The translations under genes and the position numbers were made by a program. DNA of 64,000 bases, taken from NCBI GenBank assembly GCA_963674735.2, contig CAXXQS010000001.1, positions 2,432,001 through 2,496,000 of the forward strand, in the 5' to 3' direction. The notes under the pieces are model-generated. The model did not search any database. It was not told the origin of the DNA and saw only the letters and a list, made by a program, of their open reading frames with translations. Source of the stretch: Myxococcota bacterium. GTDB lineage: Bacteria; Myxococcota_A; SURF-8. Shown here in pieces: positions 9,656 to 23,503 of this stretch; position 1 is the first letter of the stretch; the number at the start of each line of letters is the position of its first letter.

Positions 9656-11674
9656 ATGAGCGTTGCGTTTTCCAAAGCCGATTCCCTTTGCGTCAACACC
9701 CTGCGCGCCCTTGCCATCGACGCCATCGAAAAGGCCGCCTCGGGACATCCCGGTTTGCCGTTGGGCGCGGCACCCATGGCTTATGTCCTGTGGCGTCGGC
9801 ACCTGCGCCACAACCCGGCCAATCCGACCTGGACCGATCGCGACCGCTTCATCCTGTCGGCCGGTCACGGAAGCGCGCTCGTTTACTCCCTGCTGCATCT
9901 GGCCGGTTACGACCTCGGCCTGGACGACCTCAAAGCCTTCCGTCAGTGGGGCAGCCGCACACCGGGGCATCCGGAATATCGCCTGACACCGGGAGTCGAG
10001 GCCACCACCGGCCCCCTCGGCCAGGGAACCGCCAACGCCGTGGGCATGGCCATCGCAGAACGCCTGTTGGCCCATCGTTTCAATCGCCCGGAAGCAACCC
10101 TGGTGGATCATTACACTTACGCTCTGGTGTCCGACGGCGACCTGATGGAAGGCATCGGCTATGAAGCCGCTTCCATGGCCGGACACATGAAACTGGGCAA
10201 ACTGATCTACCTCTACGACGCCAACGATGTCACCCTCGACGGACCCGCCTCACTGTGTTTCTCGACGGAAGACGTGGCGGCGCGCTTTACCGCCATGGGC
10301 TGGCAAGTGCTGCGCGTGGAGGAAGGCAACACGGATCTCGCCGCCATCGATACCGCCATCGAGAAGGCCAAAGCCGAGACCGGCCGACCCTCGCTTATTC
10401 TTGTGAAAACCACCATCGGTTACGGGTCTCCGGCCAAACAAGGCACCTGCGCCGCTCATGGTGCGCCGCTGGGCAGCGACGAAATCAAGCTGACCAAAAA
10501 AGCGCTGGGCCTGGACCCGAACGCGGAGTTCTTCGTTCCGGCCGAAGCCGCCGCGTGGACGGCCGAGGCTCGTGCGGCGGGCGCCGACTGGGAAGCGAAA
10601 TGGAACGCAAGCTTCGCGGCTTATGCGAAAGCCCATCCCGACCTCGCCAAACAATGGACCGACACCCTGGCCGGTCGCCTGCCCGAAGGTTGGGATACCG
10701 ACCTGCCCGCTTTCGCGGTCGGGGAAAAAGTGGCCACCCGCAAAAGCGCCGGTGAGATTTTAAACGCCATCGCCGCCAAAGTGCCGTTCCTCGTCGGGGG
10801 CGATGCCGATATCGGGTCGTCCACCAAAACCCAGATCAAAGGCGAAGCAGCCTTCGACGGCCAGAGCGGCGCGGGCCGCAATCTGCACTTCGGCATCCGC
10901 GAACACGCCATGGCCGCCGCCGCCAACGGAATGGCCTACCACGGCGGTATCCGCCCTTACGTCTCGACCTTCTTTTCGTTCAGCGACTACATGCGCCCGT
11001 CCATCCGCCTGGCGGCATTGGCCGAACTGCCGGTCATCTACGTGTATACCCACGACTCGCTGGCCGTGGGTGAAGACGGTCCGACCCACCAGCCGGTGGA
11101 ACAACTCATGGCACTACGCACCATTCCCGGTCTGACCGTGATCCGCCCCGGCGATGCCGGTGAAGCCGAAGCCGCCTGGCGTTTCGCCATGACCCACAAA
11201 GCGGGACCCTTGGCGCTGGTGCTGAGTCGTCAAGGCTTGACCACTCTCGATCGCAACATCGTCGCTCCGGCCGAGGGCCTGATGCGTGGAGCTTACATTC
11301 TGGCGGACGCCGAAGATAGCCAACCGACCTTTATCCTGATCGCCAGCGGATCCGAAGTCGGCCCGGCCTTCGAAGCCTATCAGACTCTCACCGCCCAGGG
11401 TGTGAAAACGCGCCTCGTCTCCATGCCCTCGTGGGAACTGTTCGAGCGCCAGGACGCCGCCTACCGCGAGCAGGTTCTGCCGCCCACGGTCAAGGCCCGC
11501 ATGGCGGTCGAAGCGGGCATCACGCTCGGCTGGTCCCAATACGTAGGCGATGAAGGTCACGTGCTGGGCGTCGATCGTTTCGGAGCTTCCGCCCCCGGCG
11601 GGATCGTTCTGGAACAATACGGCTTTTCGCCGCAGGGGATCGTTCAGACCGCGAATGAGTACCTGAACCGCTAA
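9656..11674 (+). CDS. tkt: Transketolase
   Basis: [59 protein letters not shown]; GGGAG RBS before ATG 9656. Confidence 0.97.
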   Translation: MSVAFSKADSLCVNTLRALAIDAIEKAASGHPGLPLGAAPMAYVLWRRHLRHNPANPTWTDRDRFILSAGHGSALVYSLLHLAGYDLGLDDLKAFRQWGSRTPGHPEYRLTPGVEATTGPLGQGTANAVGMAIAERLLAHRFNRPEATLVDHYTYALVSDGDLMEGIGYEAASMAGHMKLGKLIYLYDANDVTLDGPASLCFSTEDVAARFTAMGWQVLRVEEGNTDLAAIDTAIEKAKAETGRPSLILVKTTIGYGSPAKQGTCAAHGAPLGSDEIKLTKKALGLDPNAEFFVPAEAAAWTAEARAAGADWEAKWNASFAAYAKAHPDLAKQWTDTLAGRLPEGWDTDLPAFAVGEKVATRKSAGEILNAIAAKVPFLVGGDADIGSSTKTQIKGEAAFDGQSGAGRNLHFGIREHAMAAAANGMAYHGGIRPYVSTFFSFSDYMRPSIRLAALAELPVIYVYTHDSLAVGEDGPTHQPVEQLMALRTIPGLTVIRPGDAGEAEAAWRFAMTHKAGPLALVLSRQGLTTLDRNIVAPAEGLMRGAYILADAEDSQPTFILIASGSEVGPAFEAYQTLTAQGVKTRLVSMPSWELFERQDAAYREQVLPPTVKARMAVEAGITLGWSQYVGDEGHVLGVDRFGASAPGGIVLEQYGFSPQGIVQTANEYLNR

Positions 11675-11702
11675 GCGTCGTTAAGTGTTTGAGGGGTGAT
11701 TT

Positions 11703-13019
11703 ATGGCCTGCTGGATCGGTTCGATCGCGCTAATCGCTGTCATCCTGATCGCGATTCGGCTTAGCCGCCGTGTTACACCGAAAGCCGGCACTGACTTCCC
11801 GCAATGTCCGCAAGACGCCTTGGACGGACTCGAAAGTTTCGACACCATCGTTATCGGCGGCGGCCCTGCCGGGTCGAGCGCGGCACGCAGCCTGGCCCTG
11901 TCCGGGAGACGCGTTCTCCTGCTCGAAAAAGCCCCCATGCCACGCCGCAAACTCTGTGGGGGCGCGCTTTCCGAACATACGTACCGGCGACTGGGCTTCA
12001 CGCTGCCTCCCGACCTCATCGACGCGGAAGCGATGGGAGCGCGGATCACGTATCGCGGTCGCACTTTGGAGCACCGCCACGACTCGCGCATGGCGCTGCT
12101 GGTCACCCGCTCCCACTTCGATCACTTTTTGCTGAAAAAGGCCGAAGAAGCCGGTGCGACCATCCGCTACGAAAAAGCGGAGCGCATCCAACACAGCGGC
12201 AACCGTTTTCGCGTGGAAACGCCGATTGCGGCCTACAGCACCCAGACATTGGTCATCGCCGAGGGAGCGGTGGGACGCCTGCACACGCACGTACGTCCTC
12301 CCGACACCCCGGCCGAACGCGGGTTCTGCCTGGAAGCGGAGCGTCCCGTCGAAACTCCCGATCGTTTCGCGGACATCCGGCAGGTCATCGACATCCATTT
12401 CGGCGTAGCCGAATTCGGTTACGGCTGGGTCTTTCACCATGGCTCCCATTATTCCGTGGGCATCGGCGGCTTGAGTTCCGTCATGCACGACTACCCGGAA
12501 GCCATGTCCGATTTCAGCCGTTCCAGAGGTTTCAACGAACGGCATCCTTCTCAAAAAGGCCACCCGATCCCACGAGGCGGCGTTCCGCGCCGCTTGGCAA
12601 GCGACGGCTGTCTGTTGGTGGGCGATGCGGCGGGCTTTGTCGATCCCTTTACCGGCGAAGGCATTTCGTTCGCCATCCGCTCGGGTCAACTCGCCGCTCA
12701 GACGCTCGATCAGGCAATCGAAGCGGACGATGTATCGGAACGGTTTCTCAAACGTTACACCCAGGCCTGCCGGGGCGAATTCGGACGCAATCTGGAAGAC
12801 GCCCTGCGCCTGTCCAAGCTGATGTACCACATCCCCAATCTCTTTTTGCGGATTCTCACTTCCAGTCCAACCGTATTGGCGCGCTATTTCGACGTCCAAC
12901 TACAACGCATCAGCTACCGGAAGTTCGTGTTCTGGCTCCTGTTTCGTCTGCCGGTCATCTGGTTGGGCAGCCTGCGCCACCCCACCGTTTCCGCTGAGGG
13001 ACAAAGGGATACAAAATAG
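11703..13019 (+). CDS. Geranylgeranyl reductase-family FAD oxidoreductase with N-terminal hydrophobic anchor
   Basis: IVIGGGPAGS, RRKLCGGA, GYGWVF, LVGDAAGFVDPFTGEGI. Confidence 0.85.
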   Translation: MACWIGSIALIAVILIAIRLSRRVTPKAGTDFPQCPQDALDGLESFDTIVIGGGPAGSSAARSLALSGRRVLLLEKAPMPRRKLCGGALSEHTYRRLGFTLPPDLIDAEAMGARITYRGRTLEHRHDSRMALLVTRSHFDHFLLKKAEEAGATIRYEKAERIQHSGNRFRVETPIAAYSTQTLVIAEGAVGRLHTHVRPPDTPAERGFCLEAERPVETPDRFADIRQVIDIHFGVAEFGYGWVFHHGSHYSVGIGGLSSVMHDYPEAMSDFSRSRGFNERHPSQKGHPIPRGGVPRRLASDGCLLVGDAAGFVDPFTGEGISFAIRSGQLAAQTLDQAIEADDVSERFLKRYTQACRGEFGRNLEDALRLSKLMYHIPNLFLRILTSSPTVLARYFDVQLQRISYRKFVFWLLFRLPVIWLGSLRHPTVSAEGQRDTK

Positions 13020-13022
13020 AAT

Positions 13023-13052
13023 TTGACTTTCGTGTATTCGTGAACTTACACT
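13023..13052 (+). promoter_or_regulatory. Putative sigma70 promoter for dnaG-rpoD
   Basis: TTGACT-N18-TACACT. Confidence 0.4.
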
Positions 13053-13113
13053 TATAAGGTTATTGTGAAAATGGCGAACGGCCATTTGTCTGCTTGATGG
13101 AGAAGCCTCGCTC

Positions 13114-14928
13114 ATGTCCGCCTTCGCCAAATTACCGGATCACCTGCTGCAGGACATAAAAAGCCGCGTCAGCATCGTTGCGGTGGTCGGGCGTTACGTG
13201 GAACTCAAGCGCGCCGGACGCAGCCATAAAGGCCTCTGCCCGTTTCACAAAGATTCGGCCCCCAGCTTCACCGTTTCGGAGGAGCGCGGTTTCTACCACT
13301 GTTTCGGCTGCTCGGCCCACGGCGACGCCATCAAATTCATCCAGGAAATGGAAAACCTGAGTTTCATGGAAGCCGTAAAACAATTGGCCGAGGAAACCGG
13401 CGTGGAACTGCCCGAGGTGCGTGATATGAGCCCGGCCGAACGCTTGCGGCTCAGTGAAACCGACCAGCTCTACGCCGTCAACCGCCAGGCCATGGAGCTT
13501 TTCCAGCAACAACTCATCCGTCAACCCAAAGACTCGATCCCCTGGAAATACCTGGAGAAACGCGGCGTCAACAAAGAAATGATCGAACGTTTCCGCCTGG
13601 GATACGCCCCCGAAGGCTGGGACAACCTGCTCCGCGCCATGAGCTCCGACCAAACCCCGCAACGACTGGAAAAAGCCGGGCTGGTCGCTCCCGGAAAGCG
13701 CAACGGCTACTACGATCGTTTCCGCAACCGCTTGATGTTTCCCATCATCATGCAACACGACCGGGTTGTCGGTTTCGGGGGCCGCACCCTGGCCGACGAC
13801 AACGCCAAGTACATCAACAGCCCGGAATCACCCATTTTTTCCAAATCGGACTGTCTCTACGGCTACCATGTCGCACGGGGCGAAATCAATCGCAAAGACC
13901 GGGTTCTGGTGGTCGAGGGCAACCTCGATGTGGTGATGATGCACCAGTTCGGTTTCGAAGAAACGGTAGCGACGCTTGGTACGGCCTTGACCCAGCAGCA
14001 CATCCGCTTTCTCAAACGCATGACCCGTAACCTCGTTTTGCTGTTCGATGGCGACGAGGCCGGACAAAAAGCCATGTTCCGGTCCCTCGACCTCTTTCTG
14101 TCCGATTCCGTCAATGCCCGTGCCGTTATCTTGCCGGACAACCACGATCCGGACAGCTTTTTAAAGGCCGAAGGAGCCGAGGCGATGGGTGCGTTGTTAG
14201 ACAACGCCCAGTATTTATTTGACATTTGGCTCGAAGCTCAGTATTTAGATCAGGATATGGGACCGCGGGGGACATCCGACTGTTTGCAGCGGATCGTTCC
14301 GATGTTGGCAAAAATCGCCGACATCGTCGAGCGGGAACTATACGTGCAGAAGATTGCATCGCGCTTGAACCTGCGCCAGCAACTACTGATGCAGCTTCTG
14401 CGACAAAACGGGACTAAACGGAATTGGGAACGGCTGCCGGATCGGGCAGTCATCGACGCATCCAAAGGGGTTGGAAACGATCGATACGCATCGGCCGAAG
14501 AAGAGTTGGTGTCGCTGCTGTACGCGTATCCGCAAATCGTCGCCCCCCGTTTCCTTTCCGAAGACGTGCTGGACAAAATTCAGAACGAACCGTTGATGCG
14601 GGTGGCGGCAGCCATCCTTGACATGTTGGAAGATGGGGAACAACCCGACCCATCGGTGCTGCTGGATCTGGCAGATGATACGGAATGGAAGAATCGCATC
14701 GCCAATCTTATCATTAACTCGGTAGCGGACGAAGAAAGCGTGCAGCGTTCGTATGACGACTGCATAAAATTATTAAGCGTCCGAGAGATCGAACATGATA
14801 TTCGGCGGGTGAAACGCGACATGGCAGGCCAAAACGGCGCAGCATCCGATGAGAAGGCGAACCGGGCGCAAGAACTCGTCCGGCTCTATCAGAAACTGCA
14901 TGGCATGAAAACAAACACAGCCCACTAA
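13114..14928 (+). CDS. dnaG: DNA primase
   Basis: CPFH..CFGC zinc finger, YDRFRNRLMFPI, KYINSPE, VEGNLD, LLFDGDEAG, DPD toprim motifs. Confidence 0.97.
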   Translation: MSAFAKLPDHLLQDIKSRVSIVAVVGRYVELKRAGRSHKGLCPFHKDSAPSFTVSEERGFYHCFGCSAHGDAIKFIQEMENLSFMEAVKQLAEETGVELPEVRDMSPAERLRLSETDQLYAVNRQAMELFQQQLIRQPKDSIPWKYLEKRGVNKEMIERFRLGYAPEGWDNLLRAMSSDQTPQRLEKAGLVAPGKRNGYYDRFRNRLMFPIIMQHDRVVGFGGRTLADDNAKYINSPESPIFSKSDCLYGYHVARGEINRKDRVLVVEGNLDVVMMHQFGFEETVATLGTALTQQHIRFLKRMTRNLVLLFDGDEAGQKAMFRSLDLFLSDSVNARAVILPDNHDPDSFLKAEGAEAMGALLDNAQYLFDIWLEAQYLDQDMGPRGTSDCLQRIVPMLAKIADIVERELYVQKIASRLNLRQQLLMQLLRQNGTKRNWERLPDRAVIDASKGVGNDRYASAEEELVSLLYAYPQIVAPRFLSEDVLDKIQNEPLMRVAAAILDMLEDGEQPDPSVLLDLADDTEWKNRIANLIINSVADEESVQRSYDDCIKLLSVREIEHDIRRVKRDMAGQNGAASDEKANRAQELVRLYQKLHGMKTNTAH

Positions 14929-14946
14929 GCAGGCGAGGTGGTGTAT

Positions 14947-16701
<1,755 letters not shown>

Positions 16702-16718
16702 ACCCACCCTGAAGCAAC

Positions 16719-16752
16719 AACGGGCGGCCTTTCGGTCGCCCGTTTTCTATTT
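16719..16752 (+). terminator. Rho-independent terminator after rpoD
   Basis: AACGGGCGGCC-tttc-GGTCGCCCGTT then T-rich tail. Confidence 0.8.
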
Positions 16753-16855
16753 AACCGTCCGTTTTGGCCAAACACCCGACCCGCAGACAATATAATCCTT
16801 AGTAATTCCAAGTATTTTAATATTTCAGTACACAGGAATATCTGGATACATAAAC

Positions 16856-16883
16856 AAAAAAAGAGGCGCCGAAACGCCTCTTT
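16856..16883 (-). terminator. Rho-independent terminator for small lipoprotein gene
   Basis: AAAGAGGCG-ccgaaa-CGCCTCTTT with A-run on left (U-tail on minus strand). Confidence 0.7.
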
Positions 16884-16902
16884 CATTTACCGATTCGCTA
16901 GA

Positions 16903-17217
16903 TTACTCTTCGGTATCGTCACCATCGTCGCCGGTAGCCGCTTCGGTGATGCAGGTCGCGAAATCATCGCAGCTCGCCTCATCGGCACACGCCAACAGAT
17001 CGTCGTTCACGGCCACGCCGGCGCCTTCTTCACCAGCCGCTTCGCAAGCCGCGTAGCAAGCCTGAAGAACTTCCTCGGTGATCGTGCCGGTCTCGTCACA
17101 CTCTTTGGTCTTGTCACAGTAGGACTTGCAACCATCGACATTGCTGTCGTCATCACTGCAAGCAAACATGAACATCGACACCATCGCGATCAGAGCCAGA
17201 ATCAAAGCTTTTTTCAT
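16903..17217 (-). CDS. Small acidic Cys-rich lipoprotein (104 aa)
   Basis: AGGAGG RBS; MKK signal plus lipobox MFAC; CxxxC spacing (CKSYC, CYAAC); acidic tail. Confidence 0.8.
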   Translation of the reverse strand: MKKALILALIAMVSMFMFACSDDDSNVDGCKSYCDKTKECDETGTITEEVLQACYAACEAAGEEGAGVAVNDDLLACADEASCDDFATCITEAATGDDGDDTEE

Positions 17218-17323
17218 TTACCCACCTCCTATAAAGACACTGTGATTAAGCCGTAGATTGGACCGTAGCCTACCATAAACTTCCAATCTGTCAATACTTT
17301 TTTTTACTCAGGATTGCTTCAAA

Positions 17324-18925
17324 TTACATTCCGAGAGAGCGATCCCCCATATCCACAAGTTCCGGAAATTGATCCTTTACGTCCAGAATCTGTGTGAGAG
17401 CGGATCGAAACGCATCATAAACGATTGGATCGAAATGTTTGCTGTTGTCTTTTTTCAGGATGCCAAGTGCCTCATCTACGGAAAAAGCCGGTTTATAGAC
17501 ACGCTTGGTGGTCAGCGCGTCGAAAACATCGGTAATCGCCACGATACGCGCTTCGATCGGAATATCGTTTCCCTCAAGCCCATGGGGATACCCGCTGCCA
17601 TCGAACTTTTCATGGTGACACAACGCGATGCGCTCCGACATCTGCAGAACCTTCGAGCTCGAATCCCGCAGAATGCTGACCCCGATCAAGGTATGTTCCT
17701 TCATCACCTCATACTCTTCGGGGGTCAATCGTCCCCGCTTGAGCAGAATGGAATCGGGGATACCGATTTTTCCCACGTCGTGCATGGTGGACGAGAGCTG
17801 GATCAATGAACACATCTCGATATCCAACCCCAGTTCCCGAGCGACTATATAGGAATAATTGCTCATACGATGGAGATGCGCGGCCGTATCTTCGTCACGA
17901 TATTCCGCCGCCTTCGCCAAGCGGAAGATGGTTTCGGCCTGCGCCTGGCTGAGGTTCTCGTTGACGTCCTTCAGGTCACCCAACGCACGCTGCAACTCTG
18001 CCGTGCGCATATCGACTTCCCGCTCCAGCCGGGTGTTGTAGTCTTTCATCTGCATTTCGTAACCCAGCCGCTGAGACACGATCATCAGCAGGCGCACGGC
18101 TTCTTCCTGCAGGTCTTCTCCGGCGCCGAAGGCATGCACCGCCCCCAATGTCCGACCCGCCGCCGAGATCAACGGCACCCCGATGTATCCCGAATACAGG
18201 CCGTAGCGTTCCAGCATGTCCCGCTGGCTGCTCCGAATGAACAGCGTTTCGCCGTTCTCCATCACTTGACGCACGGCGTTCAGTTTATCGTGGTGTTCCT
18301 GCTGCCAGATTTCATCGGTGAGATTGTAACTGGCATCGATTTCGTATTTGTCCCCATGCCAGAACGTGACCGCTGCGCTCTCCGCTCCGATCAGGTCGGC
18401 CGCTCGGCGGCAGAACTCGGCCAAAAGCACGCTGCGGTCGGAAAAGCGTTTTTCGAATGTGCTGATCTCGAACAGGCTGGTCAGAATCCCTTTCAGGTTA
18501 AGCACCTGGTCGTTCAGTAGCTTGGTTCGAATCAGCGAGCGGGTACGCGCCAGCAGTTCGTGGCGATTGACCGGCTTGGTAAGGAAGTCATCCGCTCCCG
18601 CTTGAATCCCCTTGACTTTGTCCTCGATACGATCGAGTGCGGTAACCATAACGATCGGGATAAGGCGGGTCGACTCTTTCTGCTTGATCTGCCGACAAAC
18701 CTCGAAACCATCGATTTTGGGCATCATCACATCGAGCAGGATGAGATCGGGTGGATCGGCCCAGACTTTGGCCAGCGCTTCTTCCCCATCATAGGCCGTT
18801 TCCGTTTGGAAACCCGTGGCCGCCAGATGTGCTTCCAGCAACTTGACGTTTTTCGCCAAATCATCCACGATCAAAATTGTCGGAGTATTGGGCATACGAT
18901 TCCTCGGTTGCAGCTGTTCCATCAC
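17324..18925 (-). CDS. Response regulator with receiver, GAF-like and HD-GYP (c-di-GMP phosphodiesterase) domains
   Basis: ILIVDD, LLDVMMP; HDVGKIGIPDSIL, HHEKFDGSGYP, DVFDALTTKRVYK; start could be 18895 (MPNTP). Confidence 0.92.
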   Translation of the reverse strand: MMEQLQPRNRMPNTPTILIVDDLAKNVKLLEAHLAATGFQTETAYDGEEALAKVWADPPDLILLDVMMPKIDGFEVCRQIKQKESTRLIPIVMVTALDRIEDKVKGIQAGADDFLTKPVNRHELLARTRSLIRTKLLNDQVLNLKGILTSLFEISTFEKRFSDRSVLLAEFCRRAADLIGAESAAVTFWHGDKYEIDASYNLTDEIWQQEHHDKLNAVRQVMENGETLFIRSSQRDMLERYGLYSGYIGVPLISAAGRTLGAVHAFGAGEDLQEEAVRLLMIVSQRLGYEMQMKDYNTRLEREVDMRTAELQRALGDLKDVNENLSQAQAETIFRLAKAAEYRDEDTAAHLHRMSNYSYIVARELGLDIEMCSLIQLSSTMHDVGKIGIPDSILLKRGRLTPEEYEVMKEHTLIGVSILRDSSSKVLQMSERIALCHHEKFDGSGYPHGLEGNDIPIEARIVAITDVFDALTTKRVYKPAFSVDEALGILKKDNSKHFDPIVYDAFRSALTQILDVKDQFPELVDMGDRSLGM

Positions 18926-19020
18926 AGATCATCGAGCCGACATTAAGTCACTTATTCTATAATTATCGCGTATTTCGAAAGCCCGGTCAAGGATACCGCG
19001 CCCGGAAATCCCATCTCGCC

Positions 19021-20202
19021 TCAGAAGAAAGCCAGAATGACGTCGTCGGCGATCAACACGGCCGATTCGGCCAGACGTATCGTCAGATCCGCCCCCGTTC
19101 CCTCCGTCACCAGCAAACCGTCGACAACCAGCTTTGAAATGACATCGCCATAACGTAGCGACAAATCAAACCCGGTTCTTTCACGAAATTCCCAGGCGGT
19201 AATCCCGTAGAGACGCCGCAGACCGGTCATGATGGTTTCTCGGGCCAGGGTGTCCGGTCCCAAGGATTCGGCAAACCCGACCGGGGATTCGCCCACTCCC
19301 ACACGCTCAAGATACGCCGCCACATCCCGAATGTTTTCCGAACGCTTCCCCAAACTATCGAAACCGGGGGGACGATAAGAGTGCGCACCCGGCCCCAAGC
19401 CAAGATAGGGAGCCCCACTCCAATAAAGGCCGTTGTGACGAGCGCGCCGGTCCGGTCGGGCGTAATTGGAGATTTCGTAGTGCTCGTAGCCTTCTTGCTG
19501 CAAAATGTCCTGCACCCGTTTGAATTGCGCCACCGCCTCCGAATCCGGCCGCGTCAGAATCTCACCCGCCGCCGCCCGACGACCAAACGCCGTTTCCGTC
19601 TCGATGCCGAGTAGATAGGCCGAAACATGTTCGGGCCGATGATGCACAATCGCGGCCAGATCGTGCTCCAATTCCGCCCGCCCCAAAGGGCGCGACGCCA
19701 GGATCAGGTCGAGGCTCAGATTGTCGAAACCGGCCGCGCGTGCGGCTTCGATGGCGACATGGGCCTGCTGCGCGTCGTGCACTCGGCCCAGAAACCGTAA
19801 TACTTCATCGCTGAAGCTCTGGATACCGATGGAAAGACGATTGACGCCCAGGGAGCGGGCCGCCGACAGAAAATCCGGCAATGCACTGGAGGGATTGACT
19901 TCCACGGTGATTTCCGCCCTGGCGAGGTCGTGCTCTCTCGCCACGGCTTCCAGCAGTCGCTCCAACGTAGCCGGTTGCATCAGGGAAGGCGTTCCCCCAC
20001 CCACATACACCGACATCAACCGCGTATTCTCCAACGCCGAGCGACGTTGATCCCATTCCGCAAGCAGGGCCGCTTCCATCGCCGCATGCGGAATAGCCCC
20101 GGCTACCGAATTGAAATCGCAATAGGGGCATTTCCGCTCGCAGAACGGCCAATGGATGTACAGTCCCGCTTCGACATTTTTCGCTGTTTCGTATTCCTTC
20201 AT
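19021..20202 (-). CDS. hemW: Radical SAM heme chaperone HemW (HemN-like)
   Basis: LYIHWPFCERKCPYCDFNS, GGGTPS, HYEISNYA, HNGLYW motif; start approximate. Confidence 0.85.
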   Translation of the reverse strand: MKEYETAKNVEAGLYIHWPFCERKCPYCDFNSVAGAIPHAAMEAALLAEWDQRRSALENTRLMSVYVGGGTPSLMQPATLERLLEAVAREHDLARAEITVEVNPSSALPDFLSAARSLGVNRLSIGIQSFSDEVLRFLGRVHDAQQAHVAIEAARAAGFDNLSLDLILASRPLGRAELEHDLAAIVHHRPEHVSAYLLGIETETAFGRRAAAGEILTRPDSEAVAQFKRVQDILQQEGYEHYEISNYARPDRRARHNGLYWSGAPYLGLGPGAHSYRPPGFDSLGKRSENIRDVAAYLERVGVGESPVGFAESLGPDTLARETIMTGLRRLYGITAWEFRERTGFDLSLRYGDVISKLVVDGLLVTEGTGADLTIRLAESAVLIADDVILAFF

Positions 20203-20324
20203 CCGGCCAGCATAATCCCGCCAGCCGAAAGTGCAACGTCTTTCTTCACACTCTATCATTGACTCCATGAAAGTTATCGGGCTAGCATAGCGGTTGTCCT
20301 CTATTTGCATCAACGAGGTTTCGA

Positions 20325-22076
20325 ATGAAAGTCGCGTCGTGGATTCTCGGGTTCGGCTACTTCGTGGCGGCGGTCGTGCTATCCGCCTGCGGCGGTGGCG
20401 AAGAAATTCAGATCGATGGCTCCAACACCTATTGCCCCGAAGAACGACAAATCTGCAGTGATATGATCCTCTTGCGTTGCGAAGATGGTAAATGGGTTCC
20501 CCAGGTCGACTGCAGCGAGAAAAACGAAATCTGCCTGAACGGCGCGTGCCAGGCCAAAGCCGCCAACGTGTTTGAGGTCGCCACCTACACCATCAGCGAC
20601 GACCTCGACCCGATCGACATCGACACCGGAGAAAACGGCGCGGATGTCATCGTAATTGCGCAGGATCTCTCTACCACCAGTGAAACGGTCAGCTACAGCT
20701 TGTCCACCACCAACCAACCCCCGATGCCGCTGATGGCCAAAACGTCCATCGTCACCCCCGCCACCGACGCGCCATTCGGCTCGCGTCGTTTTCGCTATCA
20801 ACGCGACAACGCCATGCGCGAACGGGACCGCCTGATTTTCAATCGCAACCGGTACCACAACCCGAAACCGAAACCCGTTCTCAAAGAAAGCCAATGCCAG
20901 TTGAGTTGGGATTGCGACGAGGAAAGCGTATGTGAACAGGGAACCTGCCAATCTCGGATCAACCTCCATTTCTCGGCCTGGACGATCTTCACCGAGGTGA
21001 CGGCCACCGTGCTCGCCAAAGGCCACAGCTGTACCCTGCTCATCGACGAACGCAGCCCCCTTCCCGGCGACTGGACCTGGGAGCTTTTACAAAGCTGTGA
21101 GCATCTGGTCGAACGTGGACGCGATTTCTTTTCTCAGCCGAGCGATATCGACTCCGCCAATCCCCACCCCAGCGACCGCAATCGCGACGGGCAACTGCAA
21201 GTGCTCATCAGCTCGTATGTCAACGACGAAGGCGTGTGGGGCTTTTTCTCGTCGGCCGACTTCTGGCCGGACGACGATCCGCAGTACCCCTCGAACGAGC
21301 GCGACATGATCTACGTCTCGATCCCGACTACCGAAGCCGAACTTCCGAGTATCAAAGCCACCTTGATCCATGAATACCAACACCTGCTGCACTTCACCGG
21401 CCACACCTGGACACGTTGGGAAAACGGCGATGAAGATGCCGCCTACGCCCCGGTCTGGCTGGATGAAGCCATGGCGCATCTGGCAGAGGAAGTCAGCGGA
21501 TACGGAGTGGACAATCCCGAACTGGTTAGCGACTTCCTGGCGGTTTTCGACCGAATCAGCCTCGCTTTCGACGCCGACACCCTGAACCAACGCGCCATGG
21601 GCATGTTGCTGATGATGTATCTGTTCGAACAGCAGGGCGGCATGCATTTCGAACGTTCCGAGATGATCGACGACGGTGGGGCGGCTTTCTTACGGAATAT
21701 CGTGTTTTCCGAATTGAACGGTTTCGATGCCGTAGAAGAAGCGGCCGGAGAAAGCTTCGACACCTTTTTCGCCGATTGGCTGGTCACCGTGATGATAGAC
21801 GGCACGAACACCACCGGCGAACCGCGATACAATTACAATGAATTGATGGTGGACCCCTACTCCGACTTCGAAATCGGGGTGGTAACGAATGGCACGCGCA
21901 GCCTGCCCGGGGGACGCAGAATCACGTTGAACGGCCCTGCTTTCACCACCGAACTCAGTGGCGCGATCCCCACCTTCGGGGCCGCCTATCACCATCTGGG
22001 CTACCTGTTCGGCCACACACCGCTCTATGTGGATGCTCCCAGCGAAAACTTTACCATCACCGTCCTGCTCAAATGA
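20325..22076 (+). CDS. Secreted lipoprotein zinc metallopeptidase (M30/hyicolysin-like) with Cys-rich modules
   Basis: Lipobox LSAC; ATLIHEYQHLLH zinc motif followed by WLDEAMAHLAEE; SNERDMIY. Confidence 0.7.
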   Translation: MKVASWILGFGYFVAAVVLSACGGGEEIQIDGSNTYCPEERQICSDMILLRCEDGKWVPQVDCSEKNEICLNGACQAKAANVFEVATYTISDDLDPIDIDTGENGADVIVIAQDLSTTSETVSYSLSTTNQPPMPLMAKTSIVTPATDAPFGSRRFRYQRDNAMRERDRLIFNRNRYHNPKPKPVLKESQCQLSWDCDEESVCEQGTCQSRINLHFSAWTIFTEVTATVLAKGHSCTLLIDERSPLPGDWTWELLQSCEHLVERGRDFFSQPSDIDSANPHPSDRNRDGQLQVLISSYVNDEGVWGFFSSADFWPDDDPQYPSNERDMIYVSIPTTEAELPSIKATLIHEYQHLLHFTGHTWTRWENGDEDAAYAPVWLDEAMAHLAEEVSGYGVDNPELVSDFLAVFDRISLAFDADTLNQRAMGMLLMMYLFEQQGGMHFERSEMIDDGGAAFLRNIVFSELNGFDAVEEAAGESFDTFFADWLVTVMIDGTNTTGEPRYNYNELMVDPYSDFEIGVVTNGTRSLPGGRRITLNGPAFTTELSGAIPTFGAAYHHLGYLFGHTPLYVDAPSENFTITVLLK

Positions 22077-22122
22077 AAACGGCGACCCGCAGGCCGCCGT
22101 CCAATACATGTGGTCGAGTCGA

Positions 22123-23427
<1,305 letters not shown>

Positions 23428-23503
23428 TCAAAAAAACGACCCCGATAGCCTTAGACGATGCGGGGGTGAAAGTCAACTGAAAGCCCTGAAAACCGGCTAT
23501 TTT

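Noticed and set aside
16702-16902. tRNA after rpoD
   Set aside because: Only terminator hairpins and AT-rich spacer; no cloverleaf or T-loop
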